Of a DNA stretch of 64,000 nt, positions 60,425 to 64,000 are shown in pieces (position 1 is the stretch's first letter; the number at the start of each line of letters is the position of its first letter). The translations under genes were made by a program, and so were the position numbers. The notes beneath the pieces were generated by a model, which did no database searches, was not told the DNA's origin, and worked only from the letters and a program-made list of their open reading frames with translations. Origin of the DNA: Takakia lepidozioides (Eukaryota; Plantae; Bryophyta); contig CM060733.1 of NCBI GenBank assembly GCA_030704615.1, forward strand, positions 57,536,001 through 57,600,000, read 5' to 3'.

Positions 60425-60720
60425 GCCTCTCATTTTACAATAATTGGGACGTTATGACGCACGTGCGAGCTGACCGGTGGGCCCCGCGCACGGACGCCCG
60501 GCTCCCCCACCCGAACCCCCGCCTGCCGCTGCGCGTGGTCGCCCAGCCCCGCCCGCGCTCCGCCGCGCCCCCAGTCCGCCAGCCAAAAAGTCTGCCTTCC
60601 AGTCTGCTATCAGTCCGCTGGCCTCCAGTCTGCCCTCCAGTCCGCCGATGGAGCCGGATCTGGACCGTCGACCATTTCAAAACCCATCCGAGCCCTCCTT
60701 TTTTAGGGCTAGGAAAATCT
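60425..60720 (+). mobile_element. GC-rich subterminal segment shared with the MULE at 50240
   Basis: CCTCTCATTTTACAAT..GTTATGRCGCACGYGCGAGCTGA..GTGGGCCCCRCGCACGGACGCCCGGCTCCCCCACCCG occurs at both 50241-50330 and 60427-60513. Confidence 0.75.
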
Positions 60721-63700
60721 AAACCTTGCCACCAAAACCGGCCTCTCTTTTATGAGGGCTCTTTGTTGTCGGATGTTGCGGAGGGCGTTTCCACGCACGC
60801 CGTCTTCTTCTTGTGCACAAGCAACGTTGATGATGATGAAGGGTGTGCCTGAACATGACAGGACTGGCGGGCCGGGCTCTACAGCCACCATCGTGCATAT
60901 GCTTCCACTATTTTGGCCTTCTTGTTGTGCTTTAGGGAAGGTTAGGCTTTATGGTATGCTTGTATGTCATAAAATCGATATTGCCTTATCTGTCCTCCAT
61001 ATCGTCATCTGCTTCTGGTCCCTCATGATACCCCTTCGTACTGCAACGGACCCCATGAGGGCAGAATCGTGGAAGCATATGCACATGGGGGCGTGTATAC
61101 ATTGTAGATTTCATATCGGACGATGGGACTGTTTAGGGGACGAAGTAAAACGGCGTGCAAGAGCGTGCAGAAGTTTAGCATAATGGAAATCCTGAAGATC
61201 CAATGCTTTGTCAAGGATCCAAATCACATGATATATAGAGGGGTTGGCAGCAGACTGCAACATTACTACTCCTCGTCTTAGCCGACAAGATCCTGTCCTA
61301 CGGTCCTCAAACATCCATTTACACATGCGGAACCACGCTGAGACATGTGCTGACATTCTGCAAGTGTGCATGGATGTTTGACTGATAGGACTGGATCATG
61401 TCCATTGACACGATAAGGACAGGTGAGGACAATCGAGCTTAGTTTCGCCTCTCGATGGTGACTTGAAAGTCGGTCTCTTCCAACATGTGTCTGTTTGTCG
61501 GACGCCACTTTATCAGTCTCTTCTGCCGCCAGTCTGTTCACAGTGGGTCTGTTCGGCCGGACTTTGCACCACGTCCAAGTCTCCTGCACCAATTAAATCA
61601 TCTTTCGCAGGACAAAAGCTCTCTTGGGACTGCTGGGCACCAGGGCGTCTGCTGGACTGCCAGTTCAGTCTGTTCGACTGCCGCAAGTCTGTTTGTACTG
61701 GGTCTGTTGGGCCGTCCACATCAGAACGTGGGAGTCTGGTGGACCCTCTTAAATGCAACGACGGCGGCAAGCATGACAGTCGCTCTCTTGGGATATCAGT
61801 CTGTTCGGCTACCAGTTCGCCAAGTTTGGTGTGCGGCAAGTCTGTTTGAGGTGGGTCTGTTGGGCCGTCATTTCTAGCACGTCAAAGTTTGTTGGTCGAC
61901 GCTGCCCGGCAGCTGGTTGCAGCGGCAGTCTGTTGGGAAGTGGGCACCTGGCAGTCTGCTGGACAGTGGGTCTGGCGGACCTATTAAATGCGTAGATGGC
62001 GCATGCGGCCCCAATGATGCACAATGTTTTGCATGTCTACTGAACAGTCTGCTGGAGAATGGGTCTGCTGTCCGTCTTAAATGCATGACGGCACTGCCGG
62101 CGCCAATGATGACGCGCCACGTCGTTCTGCATGGCCCGTCTGCTGTTAGTTTGAACTTCTTCTTCACGCGAGTCATGTGGTCTTCCGATGCATCTATCTG
62201 CCCTTTTCATGCGCATTTTCATTTCAGTGCCCTCCATCTCCATTTCCCGCTGCTGACCCCGCCTCGGTTTGTCACTTGGACTTCTGGTCTACTGGTTTGT
62301 CTGCTAAGTCTGTTGGTCTGTTTGTGGGGTAAACCTGCTTGGTCTGCTTATGTCCTGGTTTGCTTATCTCAGTAGTCTAGTAAACCCTCAATCCTCAGGT
62401 CTGCTCAGTCTGCTCGTTTCGTTCGGCGGTCCACTCAGTCTAACGGTCCAGTCTGCTGCTCTAGTCTGCTTGTCCTCTATGCTGGTCTTTTGTACTGGTT
62501 TACTTTGCTGTTCACTTTGTTGGCCTTCACTTATGTACTTTGTTGGAGAGCAGGCTCATGCTGTTCAAGAGTGTGTTCGGACAGCCATTGCGGCTTGGAG
62601 AACACACACCAAAGACCCTCCTTTGCAAGTGAATGCGGTGCGGATAGAAGTGGACCGGGTTCGGGAATACATTTTGTGGAAGTATCCTGAGTCTGCCGCT
62701 GCCATAGAGGCATTGTATACTGAGGCATTTCTGGGCAGCCCTAGTACTATCACCAGCCCTAAGTATGTGCCAAATGGAACGTTTCAGCAGATTTAACAGC
62801 ATACTAGCTAGCAGTCTGGTCAGCAGACTATTCAACAGACTGACCAATAGACTGTCGAGAACAATGCCGAGGACATTTGTGGAGGACGCTGCCAATGTGT
62901 CTGCCCACGAGACTGCGGCGCAGACTGCACACGAGTCCATCCAATAGACTGCCCTTGTCCCCTCCAGCACAGGTATTTTTGGTGTTTGGAGACCGCCATT
63001 GCCGCTTGGTAATCCCACGCATGTAGATCTTACACTTCCCCGGTTTAGGGTCGGTGGATCAAGTGCCCACCTTGAATGGTATAGTGACCTTCACCACATC
63101 GTGACAAACCGGCGTTGGCTCTTTGTTTATTTTCACTATTCCATGGAGTACACGATCGAGGAAGCCAACCAGGTTCTGCAAAGTGCAAGCATGCTTGCAG
63201 TTGATGTGCTTAGTGACCGAAGCGAACCGCCGCTGCTTGTTCAGCTAATAGGCATAAAGTTCGCTGAACTTGTATCCAGTCTGTGACATGGGCAAGGACC
63301 TTAAGGATGATCCCAAGGGCATGGATGACCCACGCCCGGACGAGCTTCGGCATATGGCTATGGCACACCCAGCTTTTGGTGTGCGCGTAAAGCACTTGGC
63401 AGCACTGACAGACACTAGAAGCATTCGTGTCATTTACCACTGGGGTAACGACCCATTTTGAGTCGTAAAAGTCAAAAAACTGGGATCGACTGGAAGTTAC
63501 AACAGACTAGTTACAACATACGTGGTAGTTGGGTTGGACATCCAATGATTGGAGTGGTAAAGGACGCACACGCGCGAACAACTGCTCAGCGATTAATGCG
63601 ATTGATGTTGAAGAACCACGTGGCGTAACCAGGCGGGCCGCCCGTGTGTCTGACCTTTTGGGCTGACTTTGACTTTTCCCTCCGGATGAGTGGACTGACT

Positions 63701-64000
63701 CACCCGGGGCGCGGTGACACATGGACGCGGACGTGGATGCGGACGTGGATGCCGATGTGGCGGCGCCGCAACGAGTAGCAATGCTGCCGCGTGGCCACGG
63801 GCCCAAGACGCCACATCGCAGTTGGCCACATCACTTGGAGTGCTGCATGTGACGTCGCAACAGCCACTGGCGAAGTCGACTGCACAACTTCCGGCAGACG
63901 AATCCACGGGGACCACGTAGAGCCATCTCGGGACTGCTTTGGCCAACTCCGCTACCACTGTGCTAGTTGGTTGCACTACAGTAGGAAAGCACGAAAAATG

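Noticed and set aside
63974-63990. CACTA terminus (also at 49633)
   Set aside because: Only the CACTACAG match is present, with no partner TIR or 3-bp TSD visible in the window.

Overview
Eukaryotic nuclear DNA, rich in transposons and most likely from a non-seed land plant (spliceosomal introns, highly repetitive PLS-DYW PPR gene, Copia/LINE/SINE/MULE/CACTA/hAT/piggyBac debris). Host genes: an intact single-exon PPR-DYW RNA-editing factor (24331-27006), an intact 5-exon GDSL lipase (43103-46270) and an orphan terminal alpha-tubulin exon (23305-23961). The most interesting region is a ~12 kb Mutator-like (MULE) unit at ~5.8-17.9 kb. It holds a GCM-like/DDE/SWIM transposase gene (+) head-to-head with a multi-exon gene (-) that appears to fuse a ParB/Srx-type domain (DGNHR) to a bacterial-style beta-class N4C/N6A DNA methyltransferase. 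The introns of that gene carry ~20 copies of a 26-bp palindrome (TTAAGATGTCGT-CA-ACGACATCTTAA) whose symmetry is kept by paired substitutions. A second palindrome family with the same CGTCAACG core lies downstream of the transposase. This looks like a transposon-borne DNA-modification (self-marking or anti-silencing) module, although this copy is decayed. The window also has two large inverted duplications and several nested insertions. All domain calls come from reading motifs by eye; no database searches were run.
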